DNA of 64,000 bases from Lama glama (lineage: Eukaryota). Below the pieces are notes generated by a model. That model saw only the letters and a list, made by a program, of their open reading frames with translations. It was not told the origin of the DNA and did no database searches. This document shows positions 24,946-38,460 of this stretch, in pieces. Both the position numbers and the translations under genes were made by a program. The stretch covers positions 13,890,001-13,954,000 of the forward strand of contig CM052816.1 in the NCBI GenBank assembly GCA_028534125.1. Direction: 5' to 3'. Position 1 is the stretch's first letter. The number at the start of each line of letters is the position of its first letter.

Positions 24946-27900
24946 TCATCACCTTCCTCATCTTCATCCTGAGGCTTGCTCGGCCTTCCTCGCCTAACTA
25001 CCTGATCTCTGGAGTCTGCTGAGTTAAACGAATGCTACGCCAGCTCTCTCCATCTCAGCATCTCTGGGACGGCCCAGGCTTGGAGCCCACCAGTCCTGGC
25101 ACATCGGTACCTCGTGCCCAGGTACCAGCGCCGCAAGCCCTGCCCTGTCTAACCTCTCTGCGGATCACACTGTCTTGGGCAAAGCAAGGAGGAGCCCTGT
25201 GTCTGATTCTGCTCTTTCTGCTGGAGATCGCTCTCGGCCAGAAGGGGCCGTGACTCATTCCTGGATGGGATTCACAACTGGAACGGTACCTGGAGGATAG
25301 GAGTAAGCTCACGGGCGCCCCAAACCTGCGGCCTCCTCCCTCGGCACACACCCCCTCGCCTCCCCAGGCACAAACGAGGCGGCGTGGGGAGCTGGATTAC
25401 CGGCACCACTCGCCACACAAATGGAAATGTTCCTGAGCAAAGTGTGTGCCAATCAAATATTTATAAATCCAACCACATCCTAAAGGCACTAGAGGACTTC
25501 ACTGGTCCAAAGAATCCTACTTTGCAACCCTTTAGAAAGGGCAGGCTCTTTCCCTCCGGCGACTCCATCCTGCCCCTAGTTTTAGGGGTGGTCCAGACTC
25601 CCATCTGGCTATGACTCGGCACCTAGTGGTAAAGGCACTTTGCTCCCCAAAAGCTTGGGCCAAAAATCAAAACAGCTTTTCAAACGACCATGGTGGGCAC
25701 TGCGGGGCGAGGCTGTCAGACGTCAGAGACAGGAGCTAGTCTTCAGGCAGGAGCGCTACCCGGCAGCAGGATGTGATGCCAAAGGACTCCCTTCCTCTCC
25801 TCCCCACCTGCCCCTTATCGGGTTACACAGAAAGGACTTTTCTAGATAAACTATTTTTTTAAATGTCACACAGTCCATGGACTGTACCAAAATTTTCCAG
25901 GGACCTTTTTCAGACCCTAAAGGAGAAGCAGACACCATTATTCATTCTAAGAAAACTCTTTTTCATTTATCTACATAGATGTATTCCAAACCATTGGAAC
26001 TTTTTTTCCACTAACTCCGTTTTATTTCTCCTCCGTCTCCCTCAAATGGTTTACGGCGCCCGGCTTGTGGCTACGTTTTAATTATAAACGCCGCTGACAT
26101 AAAACAACCTCACCGAGTTCTGAATGAGGCTGACCTCATTTTGGGTAAACACAGCAAAGGACGGGAAGTCTCCAACCCAGAATAAACCAGGCACGTAATC
26201 TCTCTTGGCCTCTCCTTGGACAGCAGAGGTGGAAAGCAGGCCTAAAGGCCACGGAGGGACGGGCTGCAGGAGCGGCGCCTCCCTCCGCGGGCGTCTGTCC
26301 TGCTGAACGCACCAGGTGATCTTCGCTTTAAAATTTCCTAGGGCAGGATCGGAAGATGCGAGGACCGTGCCCCAGAGCTCAGGAGCGTGACTCCTTTCCT
26401 TCTTTCTATCCTTGGAAAGTAAGGGCTCACATGTCTTACAGGGAATAGCCTCCTATTAAGAGGTAAGGAACACCAGAAATCAACACAATGTTGTAAATCA
26501 ACCACACTTCAATTAAAAAAAAATGAGGTAATGGAAGGCTTTGGGGAGCAGAAGAGAAAACCAGAGATATTGGCTTATAATTCCTCAGAACAATCAAGCA
26601 GAGCATCTAGACAGAGGTCAGCATATCCACTCGAAGCCCAGGATTCGCCCTCACATAGGTTCCCGCAAATCAAGACCCATGGAGGGGTCCACGGATGAGC
26701 ACAGGACAAGGCAGGAGCACGGGCTGCCAAGGAGAGTCTGTGCATTTCAGTTATCTGACATCTGCTTTTTGATAAATCGGCCATTCCCAAACCAGCACAC
26801 CCAACCGCATTCCTGGAAAAGGGGCAGGACGCTGGCTTCCACTGGGGACACTGTGATTACAGATCCACCAGGCAGACGCTCCCGACCTTCTCGGAGCACA
26901 CTCTCACAGCGCTCTGTAAATTTCTGAATTTCTCTAAGAAACTTGCGTCTATCACTTGAGTACCATTTTAAAAGCCTTGATTTCCATTTCTTCTGCTCAG
27001 TGAAAAGTCGCCTTCCGCATCTCAGGCCTGGGGAACAGTGAGTCCCCTGTGGGCTAAATGACTCGGCTCATTTTTCAAGAAGTACTTGGCCCTGCATCCT
27101 TGGGATGCTGTTGAGCCACTGACCTTCCTGCTCATAGAGAACAAGTCCTAAATTTCCCATGTGGGATGGAGGGGCCGCCCTGCTCTGTGTGCTGGGTGCT
27201 GACCTGGTGCAAGGTGCTGGAAGAAGAAAGTGAAAAGAGCAGGCATGGCTTTGGTGGCCCTTCACCAGCTTTCCTGGCTCCCTCTCTGCCTCCAAGAAGA
27301 GCCCCTCTTGTGGATAACCATGCTCAGGTCTAGATGGTACCCGAGGTCGAATCTGCACTAGGTCAGAGAGCACTGCGGGGCTCATCAGGAGCAAGAAGCT
27401 GAGCGTCTGCCACCAATGAAGAACCAGGATTTACATGTCAACTACCCACCCACCCCCGCCCCCAAAAGTACAAAAACATCAGCAGCCCCACCACCCAGAT
27501 TACCTGTTACCAGCTAGCTGCTCCTACCTCAGAATTGAGTTTTTAAAGAAATGAAGAGTTAAGACGAAGGCAAAGTTCCCTCCACCTCCCTCCCCTGTCT
27601 TAAGTCCTCTCATCCTCATTCTCTTGCAATGTTTTTTTTTTTTTCCAATACGTTATTTTCTGCTTTTCTCGGAAAGGAAAAAAAAACATATAAATATAGA
27701 AAAGAGAGTTTTTGTTGTAGTTGAACTTTTGTTGGCTTTCAGCTCAAAAAGAAGTGGCGTTTTTGCTACCATGTTGCTTTATCACTCACAGGTCGTCTGC
27801 ACCCCTAACTGGGTGTAAGCCCCTGAAGGCAGGGACCTCGCAGGGCACTGAGCACAGCGCCCAGCACACGCTGGCCGGTCAATGAATACGTGAAGACTGA

Positions 27901-28467
27901 GTGGCATTCCGCCAAGCTCAGCGCACTGCTCCAAGGGGGAGGAGGTGCTGTTTCAGCCAACGCGGTTGGCCAGCCCCTCCCTCTCTTTCTGAGCCCCCCT
28001 CTCTCACTTGCTCGCCTTCCCACCCCGCCCAGCCCCTCAGCAGCAGCTGCAGGGGGCTGTAGGGAGCTGGACCCCGAGTCAGTTACCCAAGCAGTATGGC
28101 TGGGTGTTACTCCTTCCTGCCGGCTCCGCTTGCAGAAGGATATATGTTCAAGAAACTTAGCCAGAATGAAATCCAGTGAAAATGAGCTATGAAACTTGGA
28201 CATCCTGGAGAAATAATATTTACAGAGGAAACTCTTGAGACGAACTCTCACCAGCGCAACAGCCCTGGTGCTGGGGCTCACAGCCGAGGACTGAGTCCTG
28301 TGCCAGGCAGCTCTGCCTGTGTTTACCTCCGGGGAGCCCGACACGGCCAGGATGGGACTCCTCACACAGCCAAGTCAACTCTGCTTATCCCCACAGCGAG
28401 ACGAGCGGGGATCGCTGAAGGCACAGAACAGAAGCAGACTAGAAAGTGAAAACCTTTGAAATCTTCA

Positions 28468-28621
28468 CCAGTCCTAACCAGTGCACCCCTCTGGTGGGGG
28501 ACGCTGACAGTGGGGAGGCCATGTGCACCTAGGGGAAGGGGCACATGGTAAAGTTCTATACCTTCCCCTCAGTTTTGCTGTGGACCTAAAACTACCCTGA
28601 AAATAAGGTCTATTTAAAAAA
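28468..28621 (+). mobile_element. L1MC/MB-like 3' end
   Basis: tgcacccctctggtggggacgctgacagtggggagg...ttttgctgtggacctaaaact plus A tail; TSD aaatcttc on both sides. Confidence 0.7.
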
Positions 28622-29457
28622 AAATCTTCCTTAATTACCTAAGAGGACTTGACCTTTGGGATTCCTGTTGCATCTATAATGTGTTTGATTAAATACCTAC
28701 TTATATGAGCGGCAGGTGAAAAAATTTCAGGCAACTAACATCACTCCATTCTATGGCTACACATGGGACCCTGGATGGCCTGTCACCATCTTGTACCTGT
28801 CTGACCTTGAACACAAGGGGGACCAAGAAGAGGAGTGAATATGGCTTGATTTGGACCAATCATTCCTATAACTGGAGCACAAGGGATTGCATGAATCAGA
28901 GGAAAAAACAGAATACCTGGACAGCCGAGCCTGGGCTCTGGTCATGGTTTTGCCCCTGATTGTAAGTACAATGTTGGGTAAAGCATGCTCTTACCAAGCG
29001 GAAGTTTCCTTACCTGTAGGACAGAGCCAGTGCCACCTTCCTCCAGGGATGCTGCGAGGAGCGATGAGGTCACCTAAACACAGTGGAAATGACAGTAAGA
29101 GTATTGGACACTTCTCAGCATCAGAGCCTTAAACCTCACAACTCCATGAAGCAGAAAGTATCATATATATAATGAAACGGGCAAATAACACGCCCAATCA
29201 TCACCCAGCTAATACACAGCCAAACCAGAAATAGAGTTCTTGCAGTTTGATCCTGGAGTCCAAACTCTTTAATTTTACACTGTTTATAAAGACAGAAACT
29301 AGCGTTGTGCCTGGCGCATTGTCAGTGATCAGTAGATGGTTATTCCCTTCCTTTGGTCTTTCTTAAATATATAGGATTATGCTGAGGAATTAATAGAAAA
29401 ATATACGTGAAAGTTCTCTGAAAACCATAAAGTTGAATGAAAACACAGAGCATTAAA

Positions 29458-29840
29458 ATTTTTTTTTGTTGAGATAAATTCACATACTTTACATTTTACC
29501 CATTTAAAGTGTGCGATGCAGTGGTTTTCTTATATTCAGAGATGTGTGCAACCATCTCCATAACCAATTTTCATCACCCTCCCCAAAAGAAACCCTATAT
29601 GTCTTAACCATAATTCCTCCTTCTCTCCCCCACCCCCTCCTCAGCCCCCCGCTACCACTAATCTACTTCCTGTCTCTAAGGGTTTGCCTATCCTGGACGT
29701 TTCCTTTAAATGGAAGCATACGGTATGTGGTCCTTTGTGACTGGCTTCTTCACTTAGCATGTTTTTAAGGTTCCACCATGTTGCAGCACATATCGGTACT
29801 TTGTTCCTTTTTATGGCCAAATAATATTCTACTATACACA
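29458..29840 (-). mobile_element. L1MB-like 3' end
   Basis: ttgagataaattcacatac...cccatttaaagtgt...ccactaatctact...gtcctttgtgactggcttcttcacttagcat. Confidence 0.85.
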
Positions 29841-30119
29841 GCACTGTTTACTTGCTTCCTAGACTGTTAGAGCTGAATCAACTCTAGCGACCGAATCCAG
29901 ACCCTTTCCATTTTACTAGTAAGGAGAGCATAGCCTGGAGGTTCAACAGCCGAGCCCAGGCCACCCGGCTGGTTGGTGGCAGAGCCCAGCCTGAGCCTGA
30001 CAAGTCTCAGCTCAGCCCCGCCTTACTTCACTCCGCAAAGCAATATTGGAAACACAATTTAGAATGTGCAGCTACTGATGAGGGACCAAGAGAGTCATCT
30101 CTGCAAAGATTAGTCTAAC

Positions 30120-30620
30120 GTCATTTATTCAGCAAATATACACTGGCTGTCCCCAAAGGACAGGGCACAAAGGGACGTGCTGGAGACCAAAGGGGCATAG
30201 GACAGATAAGACCCCTGGCCTTTGTCCCAAGTGTTCATTCCCCCAGGGAGGCAGAAACAAACAAGTAAACGTCTAACTGATAAAAATCAATGCCATGAAG
30301 GAAACACACACGGACCAAGAAAGACAATGGTGTGGGGACTAGGGTGGCAGGAGTGGTGGGTATGGGTGAAAGGACTTGCTATATAGAGTGTGTGGGGCAT
30401 GTGAGCAGGAAAGGCCTCTCTGAGGAGGGGTTTTAGGCTGAGGCCTGGAAGAGGAGGACCAAATTCGTGACTATTAGGGGGAAGAAGGTACTGACAGAGG
30501 GCAGAGCATGTGCAAAGATCCTGAGGCAGGAGAGAGCGTGGTGTGCAGAAGGAGGCGAGGAAGTGGAGCAGTGACTCAGTGAGCCAGTGGCATGACTCGA
30601 GGCTGGAGGAGGGGAGGCCT
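30120..30620 (-). mobile_element. L2 remnant
   Basis: tcatttattcagcaaata...aggaaaggcctctctgagg...cagagggcagagcatgtgcaaagatcctgaggcagga. Confidence 0.75.
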
Positions 30621-31744
30621 TCCGGCCTATGCTCTCAGAGATAACCAGAGTTAGGGGGACCTGTGGGAAAGGAGATCGTGGCTTCCGGTTTCCTTCCTGT
30701 GAATTAAATAAACTCCACTTACCAGAGGAAGCCAGAGGAGGCCCTGGGTCTCTGTAGCAAAGACTTCCAAGGACAAGAGAATTGCATCTTCAATAAGGGT
30801 GATGTAATGATGTATCACCCTTGGGATGAATCAGCAGATAAGGAAAACAGAGGAAAAGGAGAAAATACAGACATATTAAAAAGGAAGTGGCTAAGCGAGT
30901 ATGATCCAGCCACGTAATGAAACACAATTCCATGGGCAAAAGGAACGAGGCTAACTCTTTCAGTACTGAAGTGGAAAGATTTCCAGTTAGCTGTGAAGCA
31001 AAAAACACAAAGTACAGAACTGTATAGTATCTTACTATTTGCATAGGAAAAAAAAAAAGGCGGGAGGGATAACATGCATTTCTCATATATGGAGAAAATA
31101 TCTCTAGATGGACACACTCAAAATATACCTGGGAGGGGTTTACTTGTTCGTCTCTGTCTCCCAAGGAGAACACACCCCATATGGAGGCAGGGCAAGGATG
31201 CCGTCTGTCCTGCCCCCCCACAGGTTGGAAGGCGAGGTTGGGAGGGGCGGGAGGTAGACTTTGCACCGTCTCTTCTTCTGTGTCTCCAGGTATGAAACAT
31301 GGGGGTGTATGTCTGATTCGAAGTAATTAAATAGAAAATGAAAACAAAGAAAAAGCAAAGAGGGGTCTAGACACGCCGACTGAAGCCTTTGTTCCTTCCA
31401 GCACCTCCACACCTCAGCCTCTGTCAAAGCTGACCCTTAGAGAGGTCAGCTGCCCTCCCGGAGAACTACTGGGTGCTCATCAGTCCCTGGTCCAGATTTC
31501 ACCCTTAATCATAACGAATGATTGTGACCAAAGAAATTGTTCAGACGAGGCCAGAATTAATTTCAACTCCCAAATAGAAACCATTAAAGCAGCTCCTTCC
31601 AGAGCCACCCCAGGGGGGATGAACAAATGAATTTCAAACAGGACTCCAAGGAGGTATCCAGCAGTGGGCAAGGCATTGTGGGAGTATCATCAGTGTAAAC
31701 GGAGAGTGTAGCTCAGGGCACCTCAGTCCTTGCCCTTAACGCGA

Positions 31745-31962
31745 CATTGCCCACCCTCGGCACTACTGACGTTTTGGGCTGAATAATTCCTCGTGGTGAA
31801 GGGCTCCCCTGGGCGTTGCAGGGTGCTCAGCAGCGTCCCTGGCTTCTACTCACTAGATGCCGGGAGCACCATTCTGCTCCAGCTGGGACAACCAAAAATG
31901 TCTCCAGACACGGCCAAATGCCCTTCGCAGAACAAAACCATCCCCAGGTGAGAACCAGCAGT
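31745..31962. mobile_element. MER20 hAT-Charlie DNA transposon
   Basis: ctcggcactactgacgttttgggctgaataattc...agcagcgtccctggc...cactagatgcc...gacaaccaaaaatgtctccagaca...gagaacca. Confidence 0.85.
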
Positions 31963-32681
31963 CCCATCCCTATGTTCCCAGGTAGCTGCCGCGCTCTCCC
32001 AATCAGAAGCCAGGGTTTCCCCACTGCCTAAACCCCACTGGGGCTGCCACAGAGGTTGGGGGCTGACTGAACCACGCTGTGGGTGAGTTCCCTCAGTTTC
32101 AGACGTGCCAAAGAATCCAACTTCCCAGGAATCTCCTCTGTCTGGAAAAATAATACTCCCAGATTTTTAAAAATAACCTTCTGAAGCTCCCATGCCAGGA
32201 AGGCCCGGGCCATAAAAAGGCATCCCCCCACCAAAGCAGGCTGAAAACCAGAGCAGAGCCCCTCAGGCTGGCCAGCTGCTGACTCCACAGCACCCCAGGA
32301 GCCCCGGGATGACAGAGCCCGGGACTGAACACTGCTTCCTCCCCTGATCCTTCCCCTCCAGGTGACCGAGGAAGGAGGGAGGCGCTGTGAAGCGCATGCG
32401 GGGTCATCCCGTAACAAACAGGGTAGACGGGCGGGCGGGCGGGCGGGCGAGCCTGCCACCACCTCTCTTCTCTGGAGAACAGGATTCCCCACGGACAGCT
32501 TGCTTTGGAGGGCAAAGAAAAAGGAACTGTGTTCCTCTGTTTTGATTAATCTGCGGCTCATCCTTGAGGGCTCAGCGAAATGAATGAGCAGAATTTTCCG
32601 TGGCTAACTGTCCTGGCCGCCAGGCCCTATCAGCAAGAGCGTGGTGTTTATTTATTTTTGCTCGTGTTATTTTCGTTTCAG

Positions 32682-32785
32682 TTCAGCTGCAGCTCAGTGC
32701 GGAAAGCGTGGGGGAGGTGTATATAAAGAGTACCGAGACTGGCCAGTACTTGGCCATGGACACCGACGGGCTTTTGCACGGCTCA
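32682..32785 (+). CDS. FGF1: FGF1 coding exon 2 (104 nt)
   Basis: Pyrimidine tract plus tttcag acceptor ending 32681; A|TT completes Ile57; reads [34 protein letters not shown]; donor GTAAGT at 32786. Confidence 0.99.
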
Positions 32786-33258
32786 GTAAGTATAAGGCTG
32801 ACATGCTTCCAGACGCGGCCAAGGTTTGAGGTTTCCAGAAATCTTGTCACATTGAGTGATGCAAACTATAAAGCATCAATTAGTCTCTGTTTGTTATTTT
32901 TTCCAGCAGGATTCCCACCCTCCGCCCGGCCTTATTTTAGGCACTAACATAGAAGAGTCTCTTGCAGTATTCTCTCAAAATACTCCAACGTATCACCGAG
33001 ACATAGAGAAAACATTGATTGAAATTTTAGTAACTCATCCAGTCACCTGCTCTAGAATACTCAATCCCACTTCATTCTTTCATTCCAAAAATGTTTCCTG
33101 AGCATCTACCATGGGCTGTCTACATGTGTCTCTAATGCTTTTTTTTTAAAAAATTGCAGACCCCAGATTCTAGCGGTCTATGTGCCATGCATAAAACTTT
33201 GAAAATAGCCCTTTTAGTCTGGAAGGGTCACCGAAAAGGATTAGAAGTTTAATAACTT

Positions 33259-33410
33259 AGGGAATTATATTCAATATCTTGGAATAACCCATGATGAAAA
33301 GACACGAAAAAGAAGATACACATGGATGACTGAATCACTATGCTGTACACCAGAAACTAACACAACACTGTAAATCAACTACACTTCAATTAAAAAAATT
33401 TTTTTAATGT
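33259..33410 (+). mobile_element. Short artiodactyl-type L1 3' end
   Basis: agggaattatattcaatatctt...actgaatcactatgctgtacaccagaaactaacacaacactgtaaatcaactacacttcaattaaaa. Confidence 0.85.
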
Positions 33411-35879
33411 TTAAAAGCTTAATTCAACAAACATTTATCAAATGTGCCTAAGTACAGTTGGGTAGTGAGCCACATTCCTGTCCTAGAGAAGCAGAGTTTA
33501 TTCAGCAGCTAAAATCCTCCTCACTTGCTCTATCCCCTTCCTAGTTCATGGTTTATCCATGTTTGCCTCAGTCTACGTTGATCTTCGTGAGAAAAGAACG
33601 GAAGAGAAGCAATCTGATTCTGTCCCTATTGGGGTCTCTGGTAAACGATCTGAATGGAAAAAGACCTGAAGCCAATGGCTGCAGGCTTTGAAATTATTTC
33701 TGGATTTCAATGATCCTTTCTCTGTAGGCTGACAAGACAGTGAAGGCTGGACCAAACCCCTTTCTTCCCTTTTAGGAAGATGGCTACCAAAAGGCAGCCA
33801 GTAGGGGGATTTTGGTCAGGGGCTCCCTTTAACTTATAACACGCTGCCAAGTGGTAGAGGGAGTTGCAAACCCTGTCTTGAAGTTGTAATCTCGGCCATA
33901 ATCTCAGCCACGGATCGGGCTGTGAACACAGTTCATTTTTTTCATGCAGCCTTCTAGGGTTCAGGAGACAAAACCATCCGAGCAACAGGTAGCTTCTAGT
34001 AGGCTGTCTGCTGAAATATGGATTGATTTGGACAATTTCAAGGGGTTTGGAGCTAGGCAGGGACCTACATAGGGAGTCAATTTTTTTCTTTTTTTAAAGG
34101 CGGGTCTTCCAATTGGTAATAAAATCGACAGACCAATCATTCAACCTCAGACTCGTAGCTGAATCTCATGCGTCTGTCACTTTGGCAAGTTACTCACCTA
34201 CTCTGAGCCTTGTCTGAAGTGTGGGCAGTAGTGGGTAGTAACTATCGCATACAGGGCTTCAGAGGCATCGGAAACCAGGAGCAGAACCTGCCCGCCAGGG
34301 TAGCTACAGGACGGTCGGTTTATAAATCCCTTACCCGCATTGTTTCTTAGGCTACGGTTTTATAGCTTTTCCTCCTTTAAGTCAGTTCTGATGTTTCTTA
34401 TAACCTTCTCTTCCTTGTATAAAAAAATGAGGGAGAATGCCCCCAAATCCAATTTCCTCTAGGTTCCGGATACCCCCTTCTCCCACCATCGTCCCGGCCA
34501 TCACTCTTTCCCCTGAAATACTCATAGGGTGGTCTTAATATATTATGCCGAAGAATTCTTGTATTTCCCCACTGATAACAAGCAGGCCTAAAACATCTCA
34601 GGGCTCTGCCTCATGCGCTGACCAATTTTAGGCATTCATCCAGCCTGAGACAAATTTTTGTGTGTAGAAAGGGTATGTTTGTTTAAAAAAATAAGTTTGA
34701 AAGGCTCTAAAATGTTAATATATTTATCTCTGGGAGTGGTGAATGGCTGATTTCATGATATGGGAATATAATATATATAATTACATATATATATTAACTT
34801 ATAACAAATTATATAATAATATGAGAATGCCTTTCTGATTTTTCCCAGTTTTCTACAGTGGGTGTATATCACCTATGTAATTGGGGAAAAGCATGCTAAA
34901 TATAAAAAAGAAAATGATTAAAACAGTCGGCATGAATCAGCTGTTAATCCCCAGGCCCGTGGCACTGCACGGAGCGTATAACAAGTACTGACAGTCCTGG
35001 GTGAGGGACGGATGGAGCACCTCCAGTTTGACCGGCTGACTCAACCTGTGACTCAGCCATTCTGTGTGTCAAGTGCTCTAGTGTAACAGACACATCAGGT
35101 GGGGGACGTGGCCGTCCTCAGCTTCGTCACAGAACACAGGCCTGACGCCCACAGTGGGGCATCATGGGCTGAGTCCTCCTTACAGGACAGTGGGCAACCC
35201 ACACGGGTCCAAAACTGCCTATCTCCTCCCACCCCCAACAATGTGCTTCAAACACCGACATCTGGATAAGCTCCCCTAGAGGCAGCAGAGTCGTGCAATT
35301 AAATATTACATCTCTGTCCCATCCTGTTCCAAAATGATCTGAAGTGTCTCACCCAGCCATCACTCCACTAGACCTACAAGTGAATAAAGACCGGAATACT
35401 TCCTGTTACATAGTTCCTTCCTAATCAAGGATAAGTTTATTGACTGCTTTACAGGATCTCAAGAATCAAATTAAATTCATCCCCTAGCTGGTGAGCACCT
35501 ATTATCTGCGAGGCTCTGTGCCTGGCGGGTAGACACAAGGCTGACAAGAGTCCGTCTCTTCCCTCAGTCGGGCTGACAGTGTAATAGACAAACATGCCCA
35601 CGAACAGAGAATAAACAGCAGGGCTGGAAACCACCAGAACGGGAATCATCAACCACTGCGGGTGAGGTGATGATACAGAGATCACAGGACTTGGAACTGG
35701 AGCAAAGTCAATACGGAACATATGTATTTTAATGCTCCTCACTGATGTGTATCCAGACGTAATAAATGTATTCTGAAATCTTGACAAATAGAAAGTTCAG
35801 AGAACTGGGATTCCTCCCACTCTAACAGATGAATTCCAACTACAAAAGTAACTGTTGGTAGATATTTTTAATGCAACTG

Positions 35880-36360
35880 CACTACTTAATATGTTGTAGC
35901 TATCTTTCCAGGTTCATAAATTTACAGTGGCGTTGGACTCCACGGTAGGGATGTACCACTATCCACTTAACCAGTCACCTTCCCATAGGGATTCAGGTGG
36001 CTTCCAATATGCTACCATTATATCCAAAACTTCAGAGAACATCCTTGAAAATACAGTTTTACACTTGCTCAACTATCTCAGAAGGGTCCATTCCTAGAAG
36101 TGAAATGGCGCATCAAAGGGAAGGCATATTTTACATTTTCACAAGTATTGCCAAACTCCCCTCACAAAGTTTCCACCAATTTATCTCACCAACAGTGCAA
36201 GAAGGTGCCTATTTCCCACACTGTCATCAATACTAAGACTTGTAAATCCTTCTGCTCTTTGCAGATATTAGAGCCAACATATGTTAAATCGTCTTTTAAT
36301 TTGCATTTTCTTGCGAGTGAGATTAAATATGTTTTCATAGGTTTATCACACATTTTTAAA
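35880..36360 (-). mobile_element. Old L1 (L1ME-like) 3' region
   Basis: ttcctagaagtgaaatgg...gtattgccaaa...caacagtg...ttttaatttgcatttt. Confidence 0.7.
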
Positions 36361-37196
36361 ACAGCAGATAGAGCATGTCATCTCAATAACATGCTGTCTG
36401 TGTCCATATGGCCATATCTGTGTCGCTCTGTGTGCTCGTACGTAAAGATGTAAGGAAGGATGCTCTTCAACTGTAAACAGTTGCCTGTATCTGAGTGGGT
36501 GCACTTTGGGGAAATTTTTTTTTCTTTTTTCTTTCCTTTTTTAAAGTTGTGATTTTTTTCCAAGTACTGTTCTTCTGATAAGTAACAAAAAATAAAGCTA
36601 GTTTCATTTAGAAAAAAACAAAACAACTTTAAGTTCCAGGAGCTGTTTTATGCTTAGGGCACATTTTGTGAGAGCGTTTACGTTCTTAACAACACTGAAA
36701 TAAAACCCTGATATTGTTAGTGGAAATTGCCATGATATAAAGCCAAATTAGCAGGTTTTCATTTATTCTTCAAGACCAAACTTAAGAATCCCCACTGCAT
36801 TACAGGCTGGTTTTACCCATTTTGGACATTTTTCATGGTCAACCTTAGGTGCCAGGTCTCCCCAGAGACAAAAGACCCAGCCCTGCCCTTAAGGTGCTTA
36901 AAGTCATGTAGGATCTCCCCAGTGGGAGATTCTAGGGTCCTGAGCACAGCAGTTATGAGGGGAGCTTCCGTAACAGCAAACGTGCATTGAAGGTTCATTA
37001 TGTGCTGAGTCCGGTACCAAGTTCTCATTTCCCTCCTCAGAGATCGGTTCCATTATTACCCCGATTTTACTGAAGAAGAAACGGAAGCACAGAGGGCCTC
37101 ACTCACTTGCCCAAGGTCACACAGCTAGTGAACAGAAGAACCCCATCTAAAAGCATTCACCAATAGTTCCACTCTCTTCTGGTTTTCTCTCTTTAG

Positions 37197-37391
37197 CAGA
37201 CACCAAATGAGGAATGTTTGTTCCTGGAAAGGCTGGAGGAGAACCATTACAACACCTACACGTCCAAGAAGCACGCCGAAAAGAATTGGTTTGTTGGTCT
37301 CAAGAAGAATGGAAGCTGCAAACGCGGTCCTCGGACTCACTACGGCCAGAAGGCGATCTTGTTTCTCCCCTTGCCAGTCTCCTCTGATTAA
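37197..37391 (+). CDS. FGF1: FGF1 coding exon 3, coding part (195 nt including TAA)
   Basis: Acceptor ttttctctctttag ends 37196; reads [64 protein letters not shown]. Spliced total 468 nt = 155 aa, the canonical FGF1 length. Confidence 0.99.
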   Translation, partial: QTPNEECLFLERLEENHYNTYTSKKHAEKNWFVGLKKNGSCKRGPRTHYGQKAILFLPLPVSSD

Positions 37392-38319
37392 GGAAATCTG
37401 TTCTGGGTGCCGACCAGTCCAGAGGAGCCTGAAGGGGTCCTCACCCCCCGACCCCAGATTGTTCCCTTGATCATCGGCTGCACTAACCCCTGGCCCACTG
37501 AGCCTGAATTTGTAACGCGCTTCTCAATGCCCAGTTCACTTCTTTGTAGAGCCCTTCACCCTGGCACAGTTTGGAACAGAGGGACCGAATGGCTTTTAGG
37601 GGCCAACTGGCCAGCCAGTCTGGGTCTGGTTTGGAAGTCCAGTTGCCTCTGGGCATCTGCTGCAGGCTGAGCCTCTCAATGCAAGGGCAGGGCCAAGTGA
37701 AGTGTGTACGGGGGGCAGGCTGCCAAATGGGTTGTTAGTAACTGCATGCAACTCCCTCTGCAGAGTAAACCCTGTCTGCGAGTCCCCCAAACATCTGGCA
37801 TGACTCCCTTTCTTCCTCTCACGCATGTTAGCAGAGACACTTAGGGCTAGATTAGCGGAAGGCAGCTTTCCATGAGTGGAAAGAGGGATGAAGAAATCCC
37901 TTCTCGGGAACAGAAGGGATTGAAATGGCGCGGGGAGACTGACTGCATTCTAGTGGACAGTCTAGAGGGATGAAGGCTGGGAGGCTCAGGCACAGGAGAG
38001 CAGAATGAACGCACAACCTTGGGAGCTGTTTCGATGCCCTGACTTCCCCCAAGGTTCTCTGGCAGCAGGAAGCCCCTGGCTGATGCTGGGGGAGAGCCGG
38101 AGGAGCGGGTTCCTGAGAAAAGCAAGGACATCGGGTGCTGGGAAATTCATTTGGGTCTGGGGAGTGGGTGCGAGAGCGATAAGAAAGAAAGGGAAACATG
38201 GGCTGGGGGGAGGTTATCATCTAAATAAAGAGGATGATTCTATAAGTGAGAAGGAAAAAGAAAGGGACGTCACAACCTGTACTTGGCCACCAGAAAGCAG
38301 AGGCTTTGGGGTCCTGGGG

Positions 38320-38460
38320 CAGTGCTTACAAATCATACGGGCATCTCGATCGACCGCAGATTCTGATTCAGTGGGTCTGGGGTGGACTTTTCCCATTTCT
38401 AACAAGCTCCCAGGTGCTGGAGACGCTGCTGCCTCTCCCACCATACTTTAAGCAAGGTCC
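38320..38460. mobile_element. MER5A-like remnant inside FGF1 3' UTR
   Basis: cagattctgattcagtgggtctggggtgg...catttctaacaagctcccaggtg. Confidence 0.75.

Noticed and set aside
26292..26307. REST/RE1-like half-sites (ctgtcc + tgctgaa); similar partial matches near 5526 and 19951
   Set aside because: Spacing or orientation does not match canonical RE1.
27805..28365. 186-aa minus-strand ORF in FGF1 intron
   Set aside because: GC-rich, low-information translation with no family resemblance.
32028..32561. 177-aa minus-strand ORF with PARPPARL stretch
   Set aside because: Translation of the (GGGC)n tract and GC-rich intron; no homology.
37207..37470. 87-aa alternative-frame ORF in exon 3
   Set aside because: Out-of-frame overlap with the FGF1 CDS; no evidence of independent translation.
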